In this document: one piece after another, positions 37,201-49,200 of the stretch
Position numbering within the stretch: position 1 is the first letter of the stretch
How the letters are laid out: the number at the start of each line of letters is the position of its first letter
Source of the DNA: Isurus oxyrinchus
Taxonomy: Eukaryota
Direction of reading: 5' to 3'
Assembly: GCA_026770705.1 (NCBI GenBank)
Contig: JANJGN010000034.1
Location: 13,082,001 to 13,146,000 of the forward strand
Length of the DNA: 64,000 nt
Made by a program: the position numbers and the translations under genes
Notes under the pieces: model-generated
Seen by the model: only the letters and a program-made list of their open reading frames with translations
What the model was told of the DNA's origin: nothing
Database searches by the model: none

Positions 37201-40200
37201 GTGCTGTCGAAGGAGCCTTGGTGAGTTGCTGCAGTGCACCTTGTAGATGGTACACACTGCTGCTACTGTGCGTCGGTGGTGTAGGGAGTGAATGTTTGTG
37301 GATGGGGTGCCAATCAAGTAGGCTGCTTTGTCCTGGACGGTGTCAAGCTTCTTGAGTGTTGTGGGAGCTGCACTCACCAAGGCAAGTGGGGAGTATTCCA
37401 TCACACTCCTGACTTGCACCTTGTAGATGGTGGACAGACATTGGGGAGTCAGGAGGTGAGTTACTTGTAGCAGGATTCCTAGCCTCTGACCAGGCCTTGT
37501 AGCCACAGTATTTATATGGCTGGTCCAGTTCAGTTCCTGACCAATGGTAACCCCCAGGATGTTGATAGTGGGGGATTGAGTGCTGGTAATGCCACTGAAC
37601 ATCAAGGGGAGATCGCTGGATTCCCTCTTGTTGGAGATGGTCATTGTCTGGCACTTGTGTGGCATAAATGTTACTTGTCACTTGTCAGCCCAAGCCTGGA
37701 TATTGTCCAGGTCTTGCTGCATTTGGACATGGTTGGCTTCAGTATCTGAGGAGTCTTACGTAAACGCCAAAAATATTAATGAAAGCGAAATCGCCCAAGG
37801 AAAAATGAGTTCTTTATTTAGCAGATGAAAAGCAACATCGGAACGGGGGGAGGCCATTCAGCCCCTCGATCATGCGGCGCCATTCAGTTGCTCTGCTTGA
37901 CATTCAGTACTGCTGGTGCCAACGCGGCTGAATATCGGGCCGAGCGGAGAATGGGCGAGCCACGGTATATCGCACGTTTAACTCGAGCGCCAGGGACCAG
38001 ATTTCCCCCCCACCCCCGGGCGGAGCCTTGTGGGCAGGCTGTCGGACAGGAGTAGCTGCACTTTCTTACTCCTCACACATGCCTGTTGAGGATTTAATGT
38101 TCCTTGGGGGCCTCTGATTCGGATTGAGGAGAAATCAGCTTCTAATGTGTTTCCTAACTCCGCCAATTATTGTTGTTCCTGCAGCTACAACCAGTAACCA
38201 CGTTTCAGCTGTGACCCTTACCGCTCTTGTTGGGACTGAGGCACTGCTTCCATGCCGGATATCACTAAACAACTCAAATTTGACACAGATCCAATGGAAA
38301 AAGGGCACTGAGGATAAATCCTTCGTAGTGTATAATCCTAAATTCGGGATATCATTCAGAGATGAAAACTACTCCAGTCGGGTCGTTTTCAGAAACCATT
38401 CACTACTGGACGGATCAATTCTATTGAAGGCTCTGGAGATGGAGGATCAGGGAATGTATACGTGCATATACACGCTATTCCCTCAGGGAGTAGTTGAGAA
38501 ACCAATGAAACTAACGATTTTAGGTATGTATTCTACATGGAGCATTGTTCACGTGAAGATTCATCTGTGGGTTAACGTGATGTTCATGCAGAGAGGGGGA
38601 GGGACTGAATTTTGGGTTGTCCATCCGGGTGTAAACTTAATACCCCTGCAATTATCATCAAAACTGTTGTGTAATTCTAACACTTTAACCTAGTCACATT
38701 CTAGCTCCGATTCATTATTTTATCATAGAGCTATTACTGAGATATTTAGTGTTTGTTTAGCAGTTGCGAGTGAAGCTTTTATTTATGGGAAGGTTGGGAG
38801 TGTCAGACACAAACGAGTAAAGTTTATCATATTCGTCTTCTCCCATTATTGATAGCCACATTCTGCAAAGATATCAGAGCCATTGACGACTCTCAGCAAT
38901 CAATCTGTACCAATTAATCTCTAACAGGTACAGACATGAGGCAAGAGAAATCCCCATCCCCAGCGCTGGAGAACTTTGGGAAGCAGATCTACACCGCAAG
39001 CATGTTGCAGTGATCCCGCGTCACTTCACACACTCTGTCAGATACAGTACCCCTCCCTGTATTCTTCACCCCACTGCAGCTCTTTGACGCTCTCTCCCAC
39101 TTCCTCGCCGTCCACAATCGATCCCCCATCAGTCGCTTTCATGGTCGATTCATGGATCCACCCCTCTGAGTCCTGGTCTGACCTGCAGGTCACAGGCATT
39201 TGTTTCACTGTCCTGGGTTTCAGTGCCACCTCTTACCCTCCAGCATGGTTCCAACACTCTTCCTTCAATATTCTCCCTCCACCTGGACCCCTCCCTCTGG
39301 ATTCTTACCTTCTCTTGATCTTTTCATTGAGAACTGTCGGCACGACATTAGTCGTCTCAATTTCTCTGCTCCTCTCACCCATTCTAACCTGTCTCTCTCT
39401 GAACTTACTGCACTCCATTCTCTCAGGTCCAACCCTGACATTGTCATCAAACCCGCTGACAAGGGTGTTGCTGTTGTTGTCTGGCGCACTGACCTCTACC
39501 TCGCGGAGGCTGAGTGGCAACTCGCAGACACTTCCTCCTACCTCTCCCTGGACCATGACCCCACCACTGAACATCAAGCCATTGTTTCCAGGACTGTCAC
39601 TGACCTCATCTCCTCTGGGGATCTCCCTCCCACAGCTTCCAACCTGATAGTCGCCCAACCTCGGACGGACCGCTTCTACCTCCTACCCAAAATCCACAAA
39701 CAGAACTGCCCCGGTAGACCGATCATGTCAGCTTGCTCCTGCCCCACAGAACTCATTTCTCGTTATCTTGACTCCCTTCTCTCTCCCCTTGTCCAGTCCC
39801 TTCCCACCTACATCCGTGATTCCTCTGACACCTTACATCACATCAACAATTTCCAGTTCCCTGGCCCCAACCGCTTCCTCTTCACCATGGACGTCCAATC
39901 CCTCTACACCTCCATCCCCCACCAGGATGGTCTGAGGGCCCTTAGCTTCTTCCTCAAACAGAGGCCCGAACAATCCCCATCCACCACTACTCTCCTCCAT
40001 CTGGCTGAACTTGTTCTCACGTTGAACAATTTCTCCTTCAACTCCTCTCACTTCCTCCAAATAAAAGGTGTGGCTATGGGTACCCGCATGGGCCCCAGCT
40101 ATGCCTGTCTCTTTATGGGGTATGTGGAACATTCCTTGTTGCAGTCCTACTCCGACCCCCTTCCACAACTTTTTCTCCGGTACATCGATGATTACTTCAG

Positions 40201-43200
40201 TGCCGCTTCATGCTCTCGTCGGGACTTGGAAAAATTTATTAATTTTGCTTCCAATCTCCACCCCTCCATCATTTTCACGTGGTCCATCTCTGACACTTCC
40301 CTTCCCTTCCTTGACATCTCTGTCTCAATCTCTGGTGATAGACTGTCCACCAATATCCATTACAAACCCACCGACTCCCACAGCTACCTCGACTACAGCT
40401 CCTCACACCCCGCTTCCTGTAAGGACTCCATCCCATTCTCTCAGTTCCTTCGCCTCCGTCGCATCTGTTCCGATGATGCTACCTTCAAAAACAGTTCTTC
40501 TGACATATCCTCCTTCTTCCTTAACCGAGGTTTTCCACCCACGGTCATTGACAGGGCCCTCAACCGTGTCCGGCCCATCTCCCGCGCATCTGCCCTCACG
40601 CCTTCTCCTCCCTCCCAGAAACATGATAGGGTCCCCCTTGTCCTCACTTATCACCCCACCAGCCTCCGCATTCAAAGGATCATCCTCCGCCATTTCCGCC
40701 AACTCCAGCATGATGCCACCACCAAACACATCTTCCCTTCACCCCCCTTATCGGCATTCCGTAGGGATCGCTCCCTCCGGTACACCCTGGTCCACTCCTC
40801 CATCACCCCCTACTCCTCAACCCCCTCCTATGGCACCACCCCATGCCCACGCAAAAGATTTAACACCTGCCCCTTCACTTCCTCTCTCCTCACCGCCCAA
40901 GGGCCCAAACATTCCTTTCAAGTGAAGCAGCATTTCACTTGCATTTCCCCCAACTTAGTCTACTGCATTCGTTGCTCCCAATGTGGTCTCCTCTACATTG
41001 GAGAGACCAAACGTAAACTGGGCAACTGCTTTGCAGAACACCTGCGCTCTGTCCGCAAGAATGACCCAAACCTCCCTGTCGCTTGCCATTTTAACACTCC
41101 ACCCTGCTCTCTTGCCCACATGTCTGTCCTTGGCTTGCTGCATTGTTCCAGTGAAGCCCAACGCAAACTGGAGGAACAACACCTCATCTTCCGACTAGGC
41201 ACCTTACAGCCTTCCGGACTGAATATTGAATTCAACAACTTTAGGTCGTGAGCTCCCTCCCCCATCCCCACCCCCTTTCTGTTTCCCCCTTTCTTTTTTT
41301 TCCAATAAATTATATAGATTTTTCTTTTCCCACCTATTTCCATTATTTTTAAATATTTTAAAATCTTTTATGCTCACCCCACCCCACTAGAGCTATACCT
41401 TGAGTGCCCTACCATCCATTCTTAATTAGCACATTCGTTTAGATAATATCACCAACTTTAACTTTAACACCTATGTGTTCTATTGTACCATTGTCATTGA
41501 CATCTTTTGATGATCTGCTTCTATCACTGCTTGTTTGTCCATACAACCACACCCCCAACCCCCCACCCCCCAACCCCCCCACAACCTCTCTCTCTCTATC
41601 TCTCCGCCCCCCACACACACACCTTAAACCAGCTTATATTTCAACTTTTTCTTGGACTCGAACTCAAGTTCTGTCGATGTGTCATGAGGACTTGAAACCT
41701 CAACTCTTTTCTTCTCCGCCAGACCTGCTGAGTTTTTCCAGGTAATTCTGTTTTTGTTTTGGAGTTCCAGCATCCGCAGTTTTTTTGTTTATAACGCTTC
41801 CCTCAGCCGCACACTAGGCCCCCCAAATTTCGCCTCCCAGTGGCACAGGCCAGTCCTTGTGGCACTTGCTGATTGGGTGATCAAGTGCCAATGATACAGT
41901 TTCGATCATGGCCATTTTTCTCAGTCCTGAAGCTGGAACATCGCCAGCCTTTTATTTGCCATCGCCGCAAAGACACCCCCTTCCCCTCATAAAGATGGGG
42001 ACAGGGCCCAGGGCCAAGCCAGTTTCTCACACGTTGCTGCATTTCTACCCACCTACCCCACCCTCTCAAAACCCAGTGCTCCGCCCATTTCCTTTGGTCC
42101 TTCCGCACCCAGCTGCCCCCACAACACCCGTCGCCAGTGCCAGTCCCATCCAAGACCCATCCCTTTGGCACCATATGTAGAGCATAAGCACAAGTTGGAT
42201 CTGACTGAGAGCAATAACGTGGCTGAACTGAGACCAATCGCTTTACTTCTTATATTCCTGCTCATTCCTTCCATTCTCCCATTGCCTTTGTCCCTCTCTC
42301 CTCACTTTCTTACCTCGGTCCCCTCTTTAACCGTAACGTCATCCATGATGCAGTTGGGCCATTTGATGGAGACATGTAAATATTGACAGGATCTGGTTTC
42401 TGTATTTTTTTTGCTCCGGATTAATTGCAAGCTCCTGACGTGTTTGAAACGGACGTTGAGTTAATTTCTTGTTTATCTCCCCAAGCAATTCCCAGTAACA
42501 GGGCGATCCCGGTTCCCGCACGGACTGCTGATTCAGAAGTGCCAGTGGCAAATTGTACTTCAACCTACGGGAACCCAGCAGCCGAGATCACGTGGATTTC
42601 CGGTTCCCATGGAAACTATACAACAACCCTGATTGAAAACAACAACGGGACAACAACTGTTATCAGCCTGTACAAGATGGCACCTAATGACGATGATGAT
42701 GGTCAAACAGTGACGTGTATTATCTCCCACCCAGCATCAAACAGCACAGATACTTACACGATAAAATTATTGATCCTCTGTAAGTTCCGTATACAAAGAC
42801 AATTAATTCCAATAGTCGCTTGGTAGGACAGAAGTTGAGTATTGCAGAAAAAAGAGCACGGTGAAGCTTTTCACCTTGCACTCATCAGGACACTTCACTA
42901 TAATACCGATATAAGGAGAAAACAACGATTTATACTGCATGTGAAGAGAGTGCTGGTTGGTTGGCAAGCGGACTCTGATTGGGCTCTGTGTAATAATATA
43001 TGTAGCTTCCTGTACACACAAACACACACACATTGTTTTCCCTTCATTTCAGTATTCTTGCAAAGTGTCCTGATGAGTGGAAGACAAAAAGCTTCCACGT
43101 CTCTTTTTTCATCAATACAAAAATAATGTAATCCAATTCAAAGTGCGCTGCCGTTGAGTAACGAGACAGCAATCTCCTCCCCTAACTAGAGAAGTGTTAA

Positions 43201-46200
43201 ACTTCCCTCACTGGCTGAATTGACATTTTCTGGATATCCGCGATTCCAGCATTGCTGGGCCGGTTCAATGTGACCGGTTGTGGTTGATTCGCCAGCCGCA
43301 CATATTAAATAATTCAAAAGCGATCATTTTCTTCGGGAGGTTAGAGAGCTTGTATCATTTTCTGGGCGTAAAGACTTGTTTGCAACAATTCGGGGTCACT
43401 TCAACTTTGGATGGTTAGGCTGAGTGGGGTGTTTTCCAGCGTGGAAGTTGCTCTATCAATGCAGTCGGAAGTTGCAGTTCAGAATGAACCTCATGGCCTG
43501 AATCATGGGTTATCGGAGCAAGCAGCGACTTTCAAGCGACATGTTAAACTGTGGTGGTTTTCCTTTGAGGTTATCGTTGCTTTACACAGGACATGTGATT
43601 CACTTAACATGAAAGGCAAAGACTGTTTTAAATATGTGGACGGGCCAGAGCTACTGACCTACCATTTCCTGCCAATCTGGCCTGTTGTACAAATGCACCA
43701 ATGTGGATTCTCTACTGTGTTGGATGTACTGACCACATGATCACAATAATTTCCTCTGTAGATCCACCAGAAGTGACCATAACAGGTTATGATGGCAACT
43801 GGAGTGAAAACACTAGGGATGTTACTCTCAATTGCGAGGCCAAAGCCAATCCCCCAGCAACAAATTACACTTGGTCACGGTAAATATGCGCTTCATTTAT
43901 TAAGAATTGCATTGTGTATATTTTCAAAACTGTGTAGATCATGGATCGCTCAGATCTTTTCATACAGTTTGTGATCTGGTTGTTGAACTGGAAATAGGCC
44001 CCTCCGCACGGGTTTTGTTTACATGTCTCTGCTTTAAGGAAAACATTCGTGAAAAAGCTGTGGTCATGCGAAGGTGTTTAACAAGAACCTTCACTGACTG
44101 ACTCTGTACCTCAGCGGCCTTCAGAAAGGCCAAACCGAGAATCTGTGACCCGTGGGCCGGTAGATACAGATTGGCTGAGCAGCAAGAGGCCATTTGCTGA
44201 ACTAGTGTGGTAATAAGTTTTGCATACTTGAGATGCAGAAAGGCCAACTGATCGCAAATGAACACCAACACACTTCCAATTTTATGCCTCGCTATTTGGG
44301 TTCGCGGAAAAAATATATTGTGTTAAAAACCTGGAGAGCCATTTGAAATGTGTCTCCTACAAAATACAACTGAAACCCAAAATAACCACTTGTATCTTGG
44401 GGTAATTTTTTCCTTGGGTCAGTTAAGGACATGGTGGGTAGAGTGAACATCGTGAGTGACCAGACACAGCATTAAGAATGAATCTGCCTCTGCTTGCCAA
44501 GCTAGCAGAGATGGAGAAGGGGAAAATGTAGTGTGTGTAAGATCATCATGTAGGCAATATTTATGAATGAGATGATGGGGGTAGTGGGGGGGCGATGGGA
44601 TTGAATGGCTTTAATATGGGGGTAAATATTGACCACAATACAGGAGTGTGTGTAGAATGGGCCAAGCAGCCCAGGTGGAAAAGAGCTGATAAACCCAGCC
44701 CTGGGGAAAGGCCCCAAATGCAGGAGGACTTCAACAAACAGCGATGAGTGGTACTGTTGTATGATGTTCTGTACCAGAAATCTTTCAGATTATTTACATT
44801 ATGGGCGACTTTGGGAAATGTCAAAATATAGGATTGGTCGCCCATGATAAGTCGTTTGTTATCACCATCTCCTGAGTGGGCTATTTGACATTGTCTAGTT
44901 TCTTCACTGGTTTTCTTCAATCCTCCACCATCCACATCTCAGTGCTATCCACCCATTCAGTTCTTCATCTTCCTCTTCTCTTTTTACCTTCAATTCCTCC
45001 TTCAGTTGAGGACACGTCTTTGTTTCCGATCTCTGTACTTGCTCATCATTCTGTCTCCGCCTGTACTTGGCAACCCTTTTGATTCCTGAACTTCTGCTCT
45101 TGACCTAAGCCACCCTTTGACCTTCCTGTCCATCCAGCTGATTCTGAGCATCCTCCGCCAAACCCACATTTCAAAATCCCTAATCCCCCTCTTATCCTCC
45201 TTCCACAGAGTCCAAATCTCACATGCAATGGATGCAACACTCTACGCTGTTGACCGTACCAGATATTTTCTTTTCCAGCTATATGCTGATGCTTTTGGAT
45301 TTACAGGGGCTACTTAAATCACTGTTCATGCCTCTTGCTGTAGCTAATCTACCTGGATTGCATTCTTGGGTATAACTTTGGTGTTTATCATCAAGTCAAT
45401 GTACTTGAAATTGTCCCTCTATCTCGGTACTTCCAATCTTGACTTTCCCATTGCTATTTAGAGCCAGAAAATTGGTCTTCAACTCATTTATCTCATGTAT
45501 ATCATTCATGCCCTACTATACACCATGAGTAACATCCCATACCGTCCAGTGATACAATCTGGTGGAGCGTATCTGCTCTTTGGAGGCCAGAGCTAATATT
45601 CATCACCTAGATTTAGTCACCAAGGCATTTCTTACATGTGCATCGTTGGCTCTCCCCAGGTTACCAGAAGGACTGGAGGCCAGAAATGCAAGTGTGTTCA
45701 TAAAGAAAGTGAGCAATTTAATGAATGGGACCTGGATCTGTGAAGCTGCCAACTCAATTGGGACAGGGAAAGGCAAACTGGAAATAATCTTAAAAGACTC
45801 CCCTAAAGGTAGGTACAAGTTAATAGAGCGATAGAAAGGGCCAAATTCCCTTTCATTTTGTTAACGAAAGCGTAAGTGCTGGAATTTAATAAACGGCCAC
45901 ACATGAAATTAGATGATTGGGATGATGAGTTCACTTTGAGATCTGTGGAAATCATGGAGGGTGCTATAAAAACGCAACTTCTTTATTTCAACGAGCGATA
46001 GATCCTCAGACCCCAAATGCCGGTCATGTTTTCAGGACCCACCATTTGTCCATCTTTATCCTGAATCTTGTCAAGTTCCTGTTGCTTTATAAACTCTTGA
46101 AAACCAGTTGCCACTGTGAAGATTTTTTAAAAATTCTTTCACGGTTTGTGGGAATCGTTGGTTGGGCCAGCATTTATTTCCCGCCTCTCGTCACCCTTGA

Positions 46201-49200
46201 GAAGGTGGTGGTGAGCTGCCTTCTTGAGCCGCTGCAGCCCCTGTGGTGTAGATACACCCACAGTGCTGTTAGGGAGGGTGTTCCAAGACAGGTGATTCAC
46301 TTAACATGAAAGGCAAAGACTGTTTTAAATATGTGGATGGGCCAGAGGTACTAACCTGCCATTTCCTGCCACTCTGGCCTGTTGTACAAAAGCACCAATG
46401 TGGATTCTCTACAAAAGCAGAATTACCTGGAAAAACTCAGCAGGTCTGGCAGCATCGGCAGAGAAGAACAAATTTGACGTTTCGATTCCTCATGACCCTT
46501 CAACAGAACTAAATAAAAATAGGAGATGCCTGAAATACAAGCTGGTTAAAGGGGGGGGGGGGGGGGGGGTGGGGGGGGGGGCAAGAAAAGTGGGGGTGGG
46601 GGTGGTTGTAGGGACAAGCAAGCAGTGATTGGAGCAGATAATCAAAAGATATCACAGACAAAAGAACAAAGAGGTGTTGAAGTTGGTGATATTATCTAAA
46701 AGAATGTGCTAATTAAGAATGGATGGCAGGACATGCAAGGTACAGATAGCTCTAGTGGGGGTGGGGTGAAATAAGACTAAAAGGGCATAAAAGGTATAGA
46801 TTTAAAAATAATGGAAATAGGTGGGAAAAGAAAAATCTATATAAATTATAGGAAAAACAGAAGGGAGGGGGGAGAAACGGAAAGGGGGTGGGGATGGAGG
46901 AGGGAGTTCAAGATCTAAAGTTGTTGAACTCAATATTCAGTCCTGGAGGCTGTTCAGTGCCTAGTTCGAAGATGTCAATTTTGGAAGGTGCTGTCTAAGG
47001 ATCCTTGGTGAGTTGCTGCAGTGCATCCTGTAGTTGGTACACTCACTGCTGTAACTGTGCATCGGTGGTGGAGGGAATGAGTGTTTGTGAATGGGGTGCC
47101 AATCAAGAAGTCTGCTTTGTCCAGGCTGGTGTCGAGCTCCTAAGTGTTGTGGGAGCTGCACTCAACCAGGCAAGCGGGGAGCATTCCATGACACTCCTGC
47201 ATTGTGCCTTGTAGATGAAGTATATTAATTATATATGAAAGTACTTTTCAAATAGCCTCTTTCATTTCCATAGGGCTAGAAAGGCAGATTGTTCTGCTCA
47301 TTTGCCTGCAATTACAGGATTGCTTGGGCTCCCCGAGTACAGGGAATTTGGTTCATTTTGAGGACATATCTGAAGGATTTTAATGAATTCCCTCACATGA
47401 GACAATGGAATACCATGAGCTATTTCCTGTTGATCATCCTGGCCTAATTCTAAGGGCCATTGAAAAAGTAATTAATCAGCACATGAATCGGGATGTAATT
47501 GCATTTCCCTTGAGTTTTCCCTTCAACTGTTTCCTCATTAAAGCTTTTTTCTTATTCTTCCATGGGATGTGGGCATCGCTGGCTGGGCCAGCATTGATTT
47601 CCCAGCCCTAATTGCCCTTGAGAAGGTGATGCAAACAACGTCCCCCACCAAACCTGGTAATTGAAGAGGCGCGAGGGAGAGGTGCAATAATTACTGTCCA
47701 CAATCAGTGTACATGACTGACCACCGAGCATATACCGTCAGCTCCAATTCCCGCTTTCAATGACATTGTCCTTATTTCTTGCAAAGCTATTTCCGTAAAT
47801 GATACTGCTGTATTTGTCACAGTTTCCCCGCCCCCCATTGTGTCCGAGTATTGCCCTGCACATTACAATCATCGGCTTCATTTTCCAGGCCTGCAGGATC
47901 GCCTCCCATCTTCAACCAGCCCCAAAATCTCCGTCTTCAGCCAAACAGTTGCCCCAGTTCACAGAATCACAGAATTTTGACAGCGCAGTAGGAGCCCATT
48001 TGGCCCATCGAGTCTGCACTGACTCCCCCTCTACAGTTCGCACCGGTCGCCTCAGGCCAACAACAGCGGTGCAGATCCTCACCCTTCAATGTTAACCGGA
48101 GTGTCAGACCTCACGTCTTCTGCATCAGGAGGATTTCTCAGTCCCAGCATTGAAATGCCGCCGCCATTTTGTTTATTACTGCCCCATATCCTGCCCCAGC
48201 CCCTCCCCCAAAACCATAGTCCACCATTGGTGGCAGAGCCTTCAGTCAACTCCAGCCAAGCTGTCTTGCAATACACCATTACACATTCCTCAGAAGCTCC
48301 TTCCTTTCCAATTCTGTTTCGGCCTCTCTCCTCATCCCCACATGCAGCTTGCGAAGGCTCTTAGCTACTTGCCACATGAAATGCATGAAAGTGGTATCCC
48401 CCACATTAAAAAAGTGTCCCTATTGCCCTCCCCAAGCCCAACTAACAAGAGATTGTTCCTGCTTTTCCTTCGTTTCATCCCCAAGGCTCTTTCCTTCCAT
48501 CTTATTCTTCCTTCCTTGCTTCCATCCCATTTCTTGCAGCGATGAATGAGTGAAGGCCTACGAGGCAGCAGCTGGAAGTGATTGGGCTCAGGACCTTGGT
48601 TTCACAAGCGTTTGCTGGTTGCCCAAGGTTGTGATGGTTTTACCGCGTCCACCACCGCCCAATATGTCAGGCCTAACTCAATTGATCCCATCACTGCATC
48701 TGATACAGGAAACAACAACTGCCCACCCCGTTGGATAAAAGAAATTAATAACAGAAGCAAGGTTATTGACAGGAAACTCAGAAAGATGATGTATTTTTTT
48801 ATTACTAACTTGTACCATTGTTTTACTTCCTGTTCGTTTCTATTTGATGATTTCGCAGATCATGGGAATGGAAAGCTAATCAACCCATGTGTGACATTGA
48901 GAGTAGTGGTGTTTGCTCTTTCCACGTTTCTCATTGTTCTATTCATCAGGCGAAAATGCAGACCAGCAGGTAAATCATCAGAAAATGAAAGGTGAAACCA
49001 AATACCTAAACGACTACAGATATTTCAACTCGGCGCTGGTGTTTAATAGTTCCACCATAATATCTTTCAACTTTCTTACGTTACTCTGGTCTTACCTTCC
49101 CACCAGCTTGCTCTCTCATTCAATTCAATTTCCGAGGGTCGGCTATTTGCTAATATTCTACCACAAGCCTGCAAACTATGTAGTTTACACTTCCTCCCAG

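Larger units (their letters stand above)
37700..47797 (+). repeat. Right arm of the inverted duplication, interrupted by Penelope insertions
   Basis: Near-identical to the left arm up to about 46283, then visibly more diverged homology at 46980-47797. Confidence 0.95.

Noticed and set aside
37700-47797. Gene B as a haplotype artefact or a truncated pseudogene lacking a TM
   Set aside because: It has its own leader, TM and tail exons in compatible phases, a private Penelope insertion and biased V-exon changes. Long-read confirmation is still desirable.
48037-48770. Extra Pro/Ser-rich stalk exon in gene B
   Set aside because: The candidate acceptors at 48036 and 48539 hit stops in the required phase 1, and no convincing donor was found.
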